Below, in pieces: positions 18,460 through 28,102 of a stretch of DNA of 64,000 nucleotides. The position numbers and the translations under genes are program-made. Under the pieces are notes generated by a model. The model searched no databases, was not told where the DNA came from, and was given only the letters and a program-made list of their open reading frames with translations. Position 1 is the stretch's first letter; every line of letters begins with the position of its first letter. Origin of the DNA: Thiomicrorhabdus sp. (GTDB taxonomy: Bacteria; Pseudomonadota; Gammaproteobacteria; Thiomicrospirales; Thiomicrospiraceae). The stretch spans positions 322,364 through 386,363 of the forward strand of contig CAXXXQ010000003.1 in NCBI GenBank assembly GCA_963677355.2, read 5' to 3'.

Positions 18460-19254
18460 GTGAAAAAAGTTAAATCGAGTGAAAGTAATTACCCTTATCA
18501 GGAAAAAATGAAGCGTGACGAGTACGAAGAGACTAAACGCTTGTTACAGATTGAATTGCTGAAACTGCAAAAGTGGGTTAAGGAGAACGACGAGCGCATC
18601 GTGATGCTTTTTGAAGGGCGTGATGCGGCCGGTAAAGGGGGAACTATCAAGCGAATGATGGAACACCTGAATCCTCGTGGAGCGCGAGTAGTGGCATTGG
18701 ATAAGCCTAGCGAAATCGAAAAAGGTCAGTGGTACTTCCAGCGTTATGTTGAAAATTTGCCGACGGCCGGGGAGATGGTTCTGTTTGACCGTTCCTGGTA
18801 TAACCGCGCCGGTGTCGAGCGAGTGATGGGATTCTGTTCGCCGCAAGAGTACACCCTGTTTATGCATCAGGCGCCGGAGTTTGAAAGAATGGTTCAGGCG
18901 GACGGTGTACGCATTATGAAGTTTTGGTTCTCGGTCGGACGCAAAGAGCAGTTAAGACGTTTTAACGCCCGTAAGACCGACCCGTTGAAGCAGTGGAAAT
19001 TAAGTCCGATGGATTTAGCCTCGCTTGACCGTTGGGATGATTATACAAAAGCAAAAGAAGATATGTTTTTCTATACTAATACCAGCCATGCGCCTTGGAC
19101 GGTAATCAAGTCGAATGACAAAAAACGGGCTCGTTTGGAGTGTATGCGTTATGTGTTGAGCAACATCCCATATGAGGGCAAGGACGAGAAGGTGGTGGGT
19201 CAAGCGGATCCGTTAATCGTCTCTTCCGGTGAAGATATTTTCTTGTATGACTAA
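18460..19254 (+). CDS. ppk2: polyphosphate kinase 2
   Basis: GTG start preceded by AGGAGG 6 nt upstream. PPK2 Walker-A-like FEGRDAAGKGG, plus FDRSWYNRAGVERV and PWTVI..NDK motifs. Confidence 0.9.
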   Translation: MKKVKSSESNYPYQEKMKRDEYEETKRLLQIELLKLQKWVKENDERIVMLFEGRDAAGKGGTIKRMMEHLNPRGARVVALDKPSEIEKGQWYFQRYVENLPTAGEMVLFDRSWYNRAGVERVMGFCSPQEYTLFMHQAPEFERMVQADGVRIMKFWFSVGRKEQLRRFNARKTDPLKQWKLSPMDLASLDRWDDYTKAKEDMFFYTNTSHAPWTVIKSNDKKRARLECMRYVLSNIPYEGKDEKVVGQADPLIVSSGEDIFLYD

Positions 19255-19277
19255 TGAACGAATTGTAAAGGGGGTGA

Positions 19278-19511
19278 ATGATGAATATAAATGAGCATGC
19301 ATACAGCGTGGTGAAAGGGTTTAAAAAAAGCCTGACTAAAGAACAGAAACAAATGCTGACCGATGAGAACTTCGAAGAGTTACAGATTTTGGTAGAAGCC
19401 GCATTGGGATCGACAGCGGAAATCGTCTTGCACAGTTCAGCTAAATCGCTGGAAAAACTGGCTAAACAGCTGAGAAAACAAGCGAAATCGATTGAGCAAT
19501 TAGAACAATAG
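19278..19511 (+). CDS. hypothetical small protein, 77 aa, predicted helical
   Basis: ORF 23 nt after the ppk2 stop, preceded by AGGGGG. Lys/Glu-rich and coiled-coil-like. No recognisable family. Confidence 0.45.
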   Translation: MMNINEHAYSVVKGFKKSLTKEQKQMLTDENFEELQILVEAALGSTAEIVLHSSAKSLEKLAKQLRKQAKSIEQLEQ

Positions 19512-19556
19512 ACTCATCAGTACTCAGAAATGCCTGTTCAGCGGGGGGGTAACGGA

Positions 19557-20222
19557 TTACCTCCGCGCTTGCAGGTATTTTTCTTTATCATCCGCCAATA
19601 TGCTTAACTGCCAATCAAATTGTTCCGGCTGGTTTAAGCACCATTCTGCAAACAGTTCCAGCACGCTGCCGTGAAAACAGCCGGGCAAGAGGTTTTTTGA
19701 TGCCATTCGGTTGATGATTCCCCAATCCTCCAATAAAGCGCTGGCACCAATCGCTTCATCCGGCATTTCCGGTGCCCAGAAACGGGCCGGTTTAATCATG
19801 AACGGGAAAGCTTCGCCTTCCAGAAAAACAACCGTTGCGGCTTGGTTTTGTAAATGGCGTTGTTTGGCGATGATAAAAGCGTTAGCCATATATTTCTCTT
19901 CGGCCAAAATGACACTGGGGCGATTTGCTTCGGGGAAAACAAAACCTTGTTGAGACTCGGCGTGATGGATTGGAGCAAGAGTCGGATGTTGACCGAGCGA
20001 TTCCTCTGCCAAACCGGCCTTACTTAAGAATTGATATGATCCGGACGCACTCTGCGGGACTTGGAATAGAGTTAATTCGATTTCAGGCTGTTCGGCCAAA
20101 CAATAATTGTGACCGATGAAAAATTCGGTCGGCGGCGGATTGTCCAGTTTCAGATTGATCAGGTAAAAACCGTTGATCTGCTCGGACTGTCCATGATAGG
20201 AAGCAACTTTGACAGGGTTCAT
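19557..20222 (-). CDS. hypothetical protein, 221 aa, last gene of the pyrR-pyrB-pyrC' transcription unit
   Basis: Starts 24 nt after the pyrC' stop on the same strand. No confident motif. Confidence 0.55.
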   Translation of the reverse strand: MNPVKVASYHGQSEQINGFYLINLKLDNPPPTEFFIGHNYCLAEQPEIELTLFQVPQSASGSYQFLSKAGLAEESLGQHPTLAPIHHAESQQGFVFPEANRPSVILAEEKYMANAFIIAKQRHLQNQAATVVFLEGEAFPFMIKPARFWAPEMPDEAIGASALLEDWGIINRMASKNLLPGCFHGSVLELFAEWCLNQPEQFDWQLSILADDKEKYLQARR

Positions 20223-20246
20223 AAAATAACAATCCGAGCAGAGAGG

Positions 20247-21533
20247 TTAGATTTGATTATTGCGGAACACCGGGCGTCCTTGGAACAGCGTCTGTTCGAC
20301 TCTGCCGACAAATTCCCAGCCTGAAAACGGCGTGTTTTTGCCTTCGCTGACCATTTCTTCAGGGTTTAACGTCCAAATGGCTTCCGGGTCGACAATGCAG
20401 ATGTCGGCCGAGTTGCCCGGCTCCAAAGAGCCGGTATGACAGTCGATGATTTCCGCAGGAGATTGGGTTACGGCTTTGATTGCCGTCATCAGGTCTAATT
20501 GGTTTTCTTGCACCAGTTTGATGAGCAGAGCCAATAAGGTTTCCAAACCGCTGATTCCCGGTGTGCTCTCGCCGAAAGGTAACAGTTTGACGTCGCGCTC
20601 CAGAGGAGTGTGGTCACTGACAATGGCATCGATAATGCCATGACGGACACCGTTGATCAGGGCTTCTTTATCTTTCATGCTGCGCAGCGGCGGGCTGACT
20701 CTGAACAAACTGTTGAATGACATGGTATCCATTTCCGAAAGCATCAGTTGATGGATAGCGACATCACAGGTTACAGGCAGGCCGCGCTTTTTCGCTTCGG
20801 CAATCATTTCTACCGAGCGTGCGCAGGAGAGTTGCGAGAAGTGAGCTTTAACGCCGGCCTCTTCGACTAGAATCAAATCTCTGGCCAGCGCGGTCGTTTC
20901 CGCCGAAGGCGGAATTTCCTGCAAACCTAAACGGGAACTGATCGGCCCGCTATGCGCAATGCCGTTATTCTTCAATTGCTGGTCTTCACAACGAAGCATG
21001 ACCGGAATGTCTTGGGTTGACACATACTCCAGAGCATTCTTCAAAGTCAATGCACTTTGCACCGGTTGGTTTGCCTGACTCAGAGCCACACAGCCAGCCT
21101 GTTTTAGCGAGAAGGTGTTGCTCAGCAACTCGCCGTTCAATCCCTGCGTCAAAGCGCCGATCGGCATGACAAAAGCGGTAGCCGCTTGACGGGCACGGCG
21201 TTGCAATAATTCGGTAACCGCTTGAGTATCATTAATGGGCGAGGTGTCGGGTGGGCAGCAAATGCTCGTAATACCACCGGCTACGGCCGCTTTGGTTTCC
21301 GAGGCGATACTGCCGGCATAATGGGAGCCGGGTTCACCGAGACGAGCTTGCAGGTCAACCAGGCCGGGAAGCACCCACTTGTTTTCCGCATCAATCTCTT
21401 GGTCGGCGGTATAGCCTTCTGGCAGCTCGTCGCCAATGGCTAAAATCCGGCCTCGGGATAGGTAGATATTGGTGACCTGATCCATGTTTTGTGCCGGGTC
21501 GATGACACGACCGTTTTTAATGGCGATTCTCAC
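20247..21533 (-). CDS. pyrC': dihydroorotase-like protein, probably non-catalytic (PyrC'/PyrX type)
   Basis: Amidohydrolase fold similar to DHOase, but the N-terminal metal-binding DxHxH reads [11 protein letters not shown]. Other expected His positions read LRCED and HFSQLS. Overlaps the pyrB stop by 4 nt. Confidence 0.85.
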   Translation of the reverse strand: MRIAIKNGRVIDPAQNMDQVTNIYLSRGRILAIGDELPEGYTADQEIDAENKWVLPGLVDLQARLGEPGSHYAGSIASETKAAVAGGITSICCPPDTSPINDTQAVTELLQRRARQAATAFVMPIGALTQGLNGELLSNTFSLKQAGCVALSQANQPVQSALTLKNALEYVSTQDIPVMLRCEDQQLKNNGIAHSGPISSRLGLQEIPPSAETTALARDLILVEEAGVKAHFSQLSCARSVEMIAEAKKRGLPVTCDVAIHQLMLSEMDTMSFNSLFRVSPPLRSMKDKEALINGVRHGIIDAIVSDHTPLERDVKLLPFGESTPGISGLETLLALLIKLVQENQLDLMTAIKAVTQSPAEIIDCHTGSLEPGNSADICIVDPEAIWTLNPEEMVSEGKNTPFSGWEFVGRVEQTLFQGRPVFRNNQI

Positions 21534-22573
21534 AGCGTGTCCTCCTCGGTTTCCAATTGCAGAGATGCTTGTTGTTCCTCTTCAGCTTTATGCTGCGCCA
21601 GTTGAGCGGCATTGCTCATCAGAATGGACATGACGGCCATTCGGACGGCAATACCGTAGGTGACTTGTTCCAGTATCACCGATTGCGGTCCGTCCGCTAC
21701 CGCCGAATCGATTTCGACTCCACGGTTGATCGGGCCGGGATGCATGACGATGGCATCCGGTTTGGCTAAAGCAAGACGCTCTTCGGTCAAACCGTACAGT
21801 TTGAAAAACTCTTTTTCACTCGGGATCAGTGCGCTTTTCATGCGTTCGTTTTGCAGACGTACCATAATAACCACATCCACATCTTGCAGACCTTCTTCAA
21901 TGTCGTGGTAGACGTGAACTCCCATGGCATCCGGATCGGATGGCATCAAGGTTTTCGGGCCGATGACCCGGATTTCTCGAGCTTCGAGAATGCTCAGTGC
22001 TTGAATCTGCGAGCGTACTACCCGAGAGTGCAGTACGTCACCGACAATCGCCACTTTCAAATCGAAGATGTCGCCCTTGTGTTTGCGGATGGTGTACATG
22101 TCGAGCATCGCTTGAGTCGGATGAGCATGTTGGCCGTCGCCGGCATTCATCACATGGACATGCGGCGCCACATGTTTGGCAAAAAAGTGGGCGGCTCCGC
22201 TCTCCGAGTGGCGAATGACAAACATATCCGCTTGCATCGCCTGTAGGTTCCACAGGGTATCAAGTAGAGACTCGCCTTTTTTGGTGGCCGAAGTCTGGAT
22301 ATCCAGACTTTCGATATCGGCGGACAAGCGTTTCTCGGCAATTTCAAAAGTGGTTCTGGTGCGGGTGCTCGGCTCGAAAAACAGGTTCATGATGCTTTTA
22401 CCACGCAATAACGGAACCTTTTTAATCTCGTTGGTTTTTGGGTTAATGAATGAGTCAGCCGTATCCAAAATCTCGGTCAGGTGGTGAGCTTTAAGCCCTT
22501 CCAGCGTTAGAAAATGTTTTAGTTTGCCGAGTTCGTTCAATTGAATATTCGGCGCCGCTAACTTGACACTCAT
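21530..22573 (-). CDS. pyrB: aspartate carbamoyltransferase catalytic chain
   Basis: STRTR, HPTQ and HPGP motifs are present ([28 protein letters not shown]). Confidence 0.95.
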   Translation of the reverse strand: MSVKLAAPNIQLNELGKLKHFLTLEGLKAHHLTEILDTADSFINPKTNEIKKVPLLRGKSIMNLFFEPSTRTRTTFEIAEKRLSADIESLDIQTSATKKGESLLDTLWNLQAMQADMFVIRHSESGAAHFFAKHVAPHVHVMNAGDGQHAHPTQAMLDMYTIRKHKGDIFDLKVAIVGDVLHSRVVRSQIQALSILEAREIRVIGPKTLMPSDPDAMGVHVYHDIEEGLQDVDVVIMVRLQNERMKSALIPSEKEFFKLYGLTEERLALAKPDAIVMHPGPINRGVEIDSAVADGPQSVILEQVTYGIAVRMAVMSILMSNAAQLAQHKAEEEQQASLQLETEEDTL

Positions 22574-23082
22574 TCGTTTTCCTCACTGTTGTTAACAATG
22601 GTTACTTTCAATGGTTCCGGACCGGTTAACTTAATAGTTTGACTGCATTCCAAAGCCATGCCGACCACGTCTGCCTGAAACGGCAGTTCGCGACACCCTT
22701 TACGGTCCAGTAAAGTGACCAGAGTCACACTGGCCGGACGACCGAAGTCGAAAATCTCGTTTAATGCCGCACGGGTTGTGCGACCGGTATAGAGCACGTC
22801 ATCAACCAAAATAATGTGCTGGTCGTCCACTTCCCAAGGAATCGAAGAGGGTTTGACTGTCGGGTTCAAGCCGATTTTGGAAAAGTCGTCACGGTAGAAG
22901 GCGATATCGATTACGCCCAACTCTTCCGCTAGAGCCAATTGTTGATGAATACGCTGAGCCACCCATTCGCCGCCGGTACGAATACCGATCATTTTAGGCG
23001 CTTTGTGGATGATCGCTTTCTGTTTGAGCTGTGCGCAGATGCTGTCAATCAGTTGAGGTACATCGATATCTAGTTCAGTCAT
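22570..23082 (-). CDS. pyrR: bifunctional pyrimidine operon regulator / uracil phosphoribosyltransferase PyrR
   Basis: 170 aa with PRTase motif [12 protein letters not shown]. Overlaps pyrB by 4 nt. Confidence 0.9.
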   Translation of the reverse strand: MTELDIDVPQLIDSICAQLKQKAIIHKAPKMIGIRTGGEWVAQRIHQQLALAEELGVIDIAFYRDDFSKIGLNPTVKPSSIPWEVDDQHIILVDDVLYTGRTTRAALNEIFDFGRPASVTLVTLLDRKGCRELPFQADVVGMALECSQTIKLTGPEPLKVTIVNNSEENE

Positions 23083-23129
23083 AAAAATTTTCCGTTTGGG
23101 AGGTGATTCGGCGAAAAACCGTCTATAGG

Positions 23130-23540
23130 TTAGCCGGATTGCAGCCAGTTCTCCAATAAAATTTGTGCGGCGTGATCATCTATGTGCTGTTTTTTCAGTC
23201 CGCGATTCTCGGCTTCAATTGAACTTAATTGTTCTTCGATATAAAACACCGGGCGCTGATAGCGGCCGCTCAAGCGTTGACCGAATTTTCGTGCCGGCTG
23301 GGTCAGGGCTTGTTCGGTACCGTCAAGCCGCATCGGCAGACCGACTACAATGGCGACCGGTTGCCATTTTTCAAAAAGTCGGGTGATATGTTCCCAATCG
23401 GGTTTGCCGTCCCGGCTTGTAACGATCGCTTCCGGAGAGGCGGTTTGGGTAATGGTTTGTCCGACTGCGACGCCGATCCGGCGTAAGCCGAAATCAAAGC
23501 CGATTACAGTGCCTTGCGGTTTGCTCTGCGCTTCAGGCAT
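23130..23540 (-). CDS. ruvX: Holliday-junction-resolvase-like nuclease RuvX (YqgF)
   Basis: GFDFGLRRIGVAVG N-terminal motif, DGTEQ and DERLSS-like (EEQLSSIEAE) motifs. ATG at 23540 preferred over the upstream GTG at 23555. Confidence 0.9.
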   Translation of the reverse strand: MPEAQSKPQGTVIGFDFGLRRIGVAVGQTITQTASPEAIVTSRDGKPDWEHITRLFEKWQPVAIVVGLPMRLDGTEQALTQPARKFGQRLSGRYQRPVFYIEEQLSSIEAENRGLKKQHIDDHAAQILLENWLQSG

Positions 23541-24099
23541 TACCTGCCTCGGCACTTAAAAATTCCGGCGAGATACCGAGGGTTCCCAACGCGACTTGCC
23601 ATCGATTTTCAATCGGCGTTTCGAACAACAGGCTTTCGTTATAAGGGATGGTCAACCAACTGTTTTCTTGCATCTCTTTAGCCAGTTGCCCGGGCTCCCA
23701 ACCTGCAAATCCCAAGCAGACAATAAACTGTTCCGGGGCAAAATTTTCACTGATCTCTTCGAGTAAATCTTCCGAAACGGTCATGTTGAGGTGATCCGGC
23801 AGCGACATGCTGCTTTTCCAATTACCGCTGCCTTTGTGAAGGATAAAGCCTCTTTCCAAATCGACCGGTCCGCCGATCAATATCGGCTGGTCGAGAAAGT
23901 TTGCATTTTCGGGGATGTTTAAAGAGAAGTGCTCAAGTAGCTCCTGCATATTGATTTTGTTCGGCAGGTTGACGACCAATCCCATGGTGCCGTGCTTATT
24001 GTCTTCGACAACGTAAATCACGGTTTTTTCAAACCAGCTGTCATCCAAAGAGGGCATGGCAACAAGGAAATTATGTTCTAGAGATTGCATCTTATTCAT
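23533..24099 (-). CDS. yqgE: YqgE/AlgH family protein
   Basis: HNFLVAMPSL...F..TVIYVVEDN resembles the E. coli YqgE N-terminus. The start is ambiguous among 24126, 24099 and 24090. Confidence 0.85.
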   Translation of the reverse strand: MNKMQSLEHNFLVAMPSLDDSWFEKTVIYVVEDNKHGTMGLVVNLPNKINMQELLEHFSLNIPENANFLDQPILIGGPVDLERGFILHKGSGNWKSSMSLPDHLNMTVSEDLLEEISENFAPEQFIVCLGFAGWEPGQLAKEMQENSWLTIPYNESLLFETPIENRWQVALGTLGISPEFLSAEAGNA

Positions 24100-24209
24100 A
24101 GCTCGAATTATAGCAGACCCGGTCACCGCAACAGAAAGGAAAATATCGAGATTTTAATGTGCTATGGCTGTTTTGTTGCGGCGGATTTACCGGTGAAGTG
24201 CCTAAACCG

Positions 24210-25250
24210 TCATTCGATAAATTGAACTCGCTGCGCCATGCTTTCGGTTTGGAAGATTTGCCCGCGATGATCGATGCATAACACTTGTTTGACGTGCATT
24301 GATTCGGCGATTTTAAGCCAGCGTTGAGGGCCGGCCACGAGAATGGCCGTGGCCGCCGAATCCGCTGTGGTGGCATCTTCGTGAATCACCGTGACGGAGC
24401 TAAAGGTGTCTGCCGGATAGCCGCTTTTCGGGTCGATAATATGCGAGTAGTGTCTGCCTTGCCATTCGAAAAAGCGTTGGTAATCCCCGGAAGTGACCAC
24501 ACTTTCACCGCCTTTGATTCGGATTTTGGCTAACGGGGTGCTCGGATGTTTAGGTGACTGAATGCCGATAGTCCAAGCTTGCCCGTATTTAGAACCGAGC
24601 GCTTTCATATCTCCGCCGATACTGACCAGGGCGTTTTGGATACCGTTCTCTTGTAAAGTCTGCATGGCTAGGTCGATGGCTAAGCCTTTTGCATTGCCGC
24701 CAAAATCAAGCTGTACCATCGGATTGGAACTGGTGAGTTGATTGCCTGTAAACGAGATGTCGGCAATCGACGGCGCGGAGGTTAGCCACGCTTGAATCTT
24801 GTCATTGCTTGGCGGCGGACCTTGCCACTGTTCGCTGTGAAATCCCCATAAGGAGATCAGGCTGCCGATGCCCGGGTCGAACAAGCCTTGACTCTGCTGG
24901 CTTAACTTGATGGATTTCTCGATAAACTCTTTGACAGATAAGGAAACGGTGATCGGTTGTTGCCGGGCGATCGCCTGATTGATTTTGTAAATAACGCCGC
25001 CTTTCTCCCAAGCGTGCCAATCTTTGTGAAACTGGCGAAACTGTTCCTCAACCTGCGCAATTGCGTGGTTTGCATGCTGTTGGTTTTCATCGTAAACCGA
25101 TATTTCCACCATGGTGCCGAAGACATACAAAACCGCTTTGACCGGTTGCTGGTTTTGCGGCGCTTCGCAACCGTTTAGCAATCCGAACAGAAAAACCAAA
25201 CCGAGAATAGCTAGCGTTTTTTTAATGTAAAGGTGTGAGTTTGCAATCAT
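24210..25250 (-). CDS. apbE: FAD:protein FMN transferase ApbE, lipoprotein
   Basis: Signal peptide with lipobox LLNGC. ApbE motifs FDPGIGSLISLWGF, DFGGNAKG, TSGDYQRFFE and HIIDPKSGYP. Confidence 0.9.
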   Translation of the reverse strand: MIANSHLYIKKTLAILGLVFLFGLLNGCEAPQNQQPVKAVLYVFGTMVEISVYDENQQHANHAIAQVEEQFRQFHKDWHAWEKGGVIYKINQAIARQQPITVSLSVKEFIEKSIKLSQQSQGLFDPGIGSLISLWGFHSEQWQGPPPSNDKIQAWLTSAPSIADISFTGNQLTSSNPMVQLDFGGNAKGLAIDLAMQTLQENGIQNALVSIGGDMKALGSKYGQAWTIGIQSPKHPSTPLAKIRIKGGESVVTSGDYQRFFEWQGRHYSHIIDPKSGYPADTFSSVTVIHEDATTADSAATAILVAGPQRWLKIAESMHVKQVLCIDHRGQIFQTESMAQRVQFIE

Positions 25251-25391
25251 GAGAGTCGTTGTATGTCTGTCGGTGCTGTGTACGGGTCTGAAACCTGCAT
25301 TTTCGCGTTCTTTATAAATTTAAACATCATTTAGTAAAGCAAAGAGCTATTTTAGCCTAAAAAAGCCGCCCGCAATGGAATGAAACAATAG

Positions 25392-25619
25392 GCAAATAAG
25401 CATCACCGGTCACGAAAGAGAAGTTTCTATAGGTTCAATCCTAGAGGTTTAAGCATTGCCTCTAAGGCGAATCTGCATGGAACACTCACTTATGTAAACG
25501 ATACGTTTATGAGCGTGAGTGCTTATACGCGGGAGGAGCTGATCGGTCAACCGCACAATATCAGACGTCATGCGGATGTGCCCAAAATGGTCTTTAAATA
25601 TATGCGGCAAACTGTATAG
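25392..25619 (+). pseudogene. relic of the N-terminal PAS domain of an Aer/MCP-type sensor gene
   Basis: Open frame without a usable start codon. Its last part reads ...ANLHGTLTYVNDTFMSVSAYTREELIGQPHNIRRHADVPKMVFKYMRQTV*. This closely follows the pattern TDLKG.ITY.NDAF...SGY.REEL.G..HN..RH.DMP...F..MW of aerotaxis-type PAS domains. It stops where the rest of the domain should continue, 35 nt before the gshB stop. Confidence 0.5.
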
Positions 25620-25653
25620 GCCGGTAATGGCCGGTTTGACCGTTGGGTAGCGC

Positions 25654-26613
25654 TTAGTCAGCGTTTAATTTGGCTTCCAGACAGTCGAAAAGTGTGCCGG
25701 CAATATTCAGATCGAATTGCGCATCCAGTTCGCGGATGCAGGTCGGGCTGGTGACATTGATTTCGGTGATGTAGTCGCCGATTACGTCCAAGCCGACAAA
25801 GTAGAGGCCTTTGGCTTTTAACGTCGGGGCAATTTGTGTACACAACCAGCGTTCACGATCAGTGATCGGCATGCCGACACCCGTGCCTCCAGCAGCGATA
25901 TTGCCGCGAGTTTCACCTTCCGCCGGAATGCGCGCCAGAGCGTAATCAATCGGCTCTCCGTTGATCAATAGAATGCGTTTGTCTCCCGCGCTGATTTCCG
26001 GTAGGTAGGTCTGCGCCATAATATGATGCTTACCATGATCAGTCATGCTTTCAATGATGACATTGGTATTCGGGTCACCCGCCTTCACTCTGAAAATGGA
26101 AGCGCCGCCCATTGCATCGAGCGGTTTGAGGATCGTATCACGATGGTCCTGAATAAAGGTTTTCAGTTGTTCTTGATTGGCTGAAACCAGAGTTGGAGGA
26201 ATGCATTCCGGGAACCAGCTGGCAAATAGTTTTTCGTTGGCGTCACGTAAAGTTTGCGGCTTGTTGACGACCAAAACGCCTTGCGCTTCGGCAAGCTCCA
26301 GCATGTGGGTGCTGTACAGATAGTCGTTGTTAAACGGCGGGTCCTGTCTGATTAGAATGATATCCAAGCTTGCCAGGGCGATATCGTGTGAAGCGCCGAA
26401 GCCGTAGAACTGTTGCGCTTTATCTCTATCCCAAACTTTGAGCTCGCTGGTAACGGCATGCGCTTGCCCGTTTTTCAGGTAGAGATCTTCCGGTTGCATG
26501 TAAACCAATTCATGACCGCGTCTTTGAGCTTCAAGCAACATCGCAAAAGAGGAATCTTTATGTGGTTTAATTCCCTCGATTGGATCCATGACGATACCGA
26601 CACGTAAACTCAT
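25654..26613 (-). CDS. gshB: glutathione synthetase
   Basis: Start at MSLRVGIVMDPIEGIK (aa 33 of the listed ORF). ATP-grasp GshB pattern (KDSSFAMLLEAQRRGH, RGNIAAGG). Confidence 0.95.
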   Translation of the reverse strand: MSLRVGIVMDPIEGIKPHKDSSFAMLLEAQRRGHELVYMQPEDLYLKNGQAHAVTSELKVWDRDKAQQFYGFGASHDIALASLDIILIRQDPPFNNDYLYSTHMLELAEAQGVLVVNKPQTLRDANEKLFASWFPECIPPTLVSANQEQLKTFIQDHRDTILKPLDAMGGASIFRVKAGDPNTNVIIESMTDHGKHHIMAQTYLPEISAGDKRILLINGEPIDYALARIPAEGETRGNIAAGGTGVGMPITDRERWLCTQIAPTLKAKGLYFVGLDVIGDYITEINVTSPTCIRELDAQFDLNIAGTLFDCLEAKLNAD

Positions 26614-26659
26614 CTGTTTTTCTCCTGGTTTGTTCCGTAATGCCTGTATATATCGCTTT

Positions 26660-27970
26660 TTAGATTGCGGCCAGTTCAGGCAATTGGCCTTTGGCATCGG
26701 CGATCTCACGTGCGGCAGCCAGTAATGCTAAACGGGCAATGACACCATAGGCGTAAAAACGGTTTGGGCTGGCATCCGGATTTTGGTGCTCGTCGGGCAG
26801 AACGCAGGACTCTTCAAATGAGAGCGGTTCAAAATGCATGCCCGGCGAATTGAGGTTATCGGTGGCCGTTTTGCCGGTATGAACTCGGTAGAAACCGCCT
26901 ATAACCTGACTGCCGATCATATAGACCACCGGTTCGGCAACCGCTTCGTCGATGGTTTCATAGGTGTAAACCCCTTCCTGAACCAGCATTTGCTCAACTT
27001 GCAATCCTTCTTTAACCGAAGACATTTTGTTACGTTGTTTGCGGTTTAGATTCAAAATATCTTCAGGGTTGTCGACCGACATGATCGCCATACCGTAGGT
27101 TCCGCTATCGGATTTAACGATAACGAAAGGTTTGCATTCGATATCATGAGTGTCGTAATACTCTTGCGTATCTTCCAATACACAGTTGACGGCTTTGGCT
27201 AAATCTTCCAGTCCGGTACGTTCTTTGAAGTTGATCGGTCCGCAGCGGATCGAAGTCGGGGTGATCAGCCAAGGATCAATACCGATCAGCTCGGCAAACG
27301 CTTTGGTCACATCCGAGTAATGGGCGAAATGTTCGGTTTTATAACGATCCGCCCAACCGAGTTCCAGTGGCGGAAGCAGGGTCTGTTGTACGCCTTCCAG
27401 AATTTCCGGGCGTCCGCCGGAAAGGTCGTTGTTAAGCAGGACGGCGCAAGGGAAAAAGTTCTCGACACCGACGCGGTCATTTTCTCGGACAATCGGTTTT
27501 AGAATCAAAGCGTTGCCTGAAGGTAGTTCGATGCTCATCGGTTCTTCAAGTCCTTCGATCAGCGAACCGATATGCACCTCGTAACCAGCGCTTTCCAGAA
27601 CGGTCTGTAACGAGTATAAGTTTTCGAGATAGAAAGTGTTGCGGGTATGGTTTTCGGGAATGATCAATACGCCGTCGGCATCGGGACATTCCTGAGTAAC
27701 GGCATTCTGTGCGGCGTGTACCGCTAGAGAGCGCAAATCCGGATGCAGGTTGTTAAACCCGGCCGGAAATAGGTTGGTGTCAACCGGAGCCAGTTTGTAT
27801 CCGGCATTTCGCAAATCGACCGAACCGTAAAATGGTGCCGGGGTATTTTTGAACTGTTTTCGAAACCAAGACTCGATGATATTGCGATTATCTAAAAGGT
27901 GTTTTTCCAGCTCTAGTAACGGGCCTTTTAATGCGGTTTGTAAATGAGGTACTTGGTTCGTTGACGGCAT
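26660..27970 (-). CDS. gshA: glutamate--cysteine ligase, about 435-aa proteobacterial type
   Basis: 436 aa, directly upstream of gshB. The N-terminal FYGSVDLRNAGYKLAPVDTNLFPAGFNN is characteristic of the short GshA family described from acidithiobacilli and neisseriae, as I recall. Confidence 0.8.
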   Translation of the reverse strand: MPSTNQVPHLQTALKGPLLELEKHLLDNRNIIESWFRKQFKNTPAPFYGSVDLRNAGYKLAPVDTNLFPAGFNNLHPDLRSLAVHAAQNAVTQECPDADGVLIIPENHTRNTFYLENLYSLQTVLESAGYEVHIGSLIEGLEEPMSIELPSGNALILKPIVRENDRVGVENFFPCAVLLNNDLSGGRPEILEGVQQTLLPPLELGWADRYKTEHFAHYSDVTKAFAELIGIDPWLITPTSIRCGPINFKERTGLEDLAKAVNCVLEDTQEYYDTHDIECKPFVIVKSDSGTYGMAIMSVDNPEDILNLNRKQRNKMSSVKEGLQVEQMLVQEGVYTYETIDEAVAEPVVYMIGSQVIGGFYRVHTGKTATDNLNSPGMHFEPLSFEESCVLPDEHQNPDASPNRFYAYGVIARLALLAAAREIADAKGQLPELAAI

Positions 27971-28102
27971 CGTTTGCTTCTCTTGATGATTGCATATTTT
28001 TAAGGGGATTTATTATACAAATTTTATTTTCTTCACGGCTTCAATTTATGGTGACTGAAGTATGAAGCAGAGTTTTTAGCGGCTTGTCCGTTTCATGGCA
28101 TT

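Noticed and set aside
24092-24376. 94-aa ORF bridging the yqgE start and the apbE end
   Set aside because: It overlaps two supported genes, has Pro/Arg/Ser-rich composition, and has no RBS or motif.
25620-25653. GGCCGG...GGCCGG sequence after gshB as a terminator
   Set aside because: Only about 4 bp can pair (CCGG/CCGG) and there is no T-run. Not a convincing hairpin.
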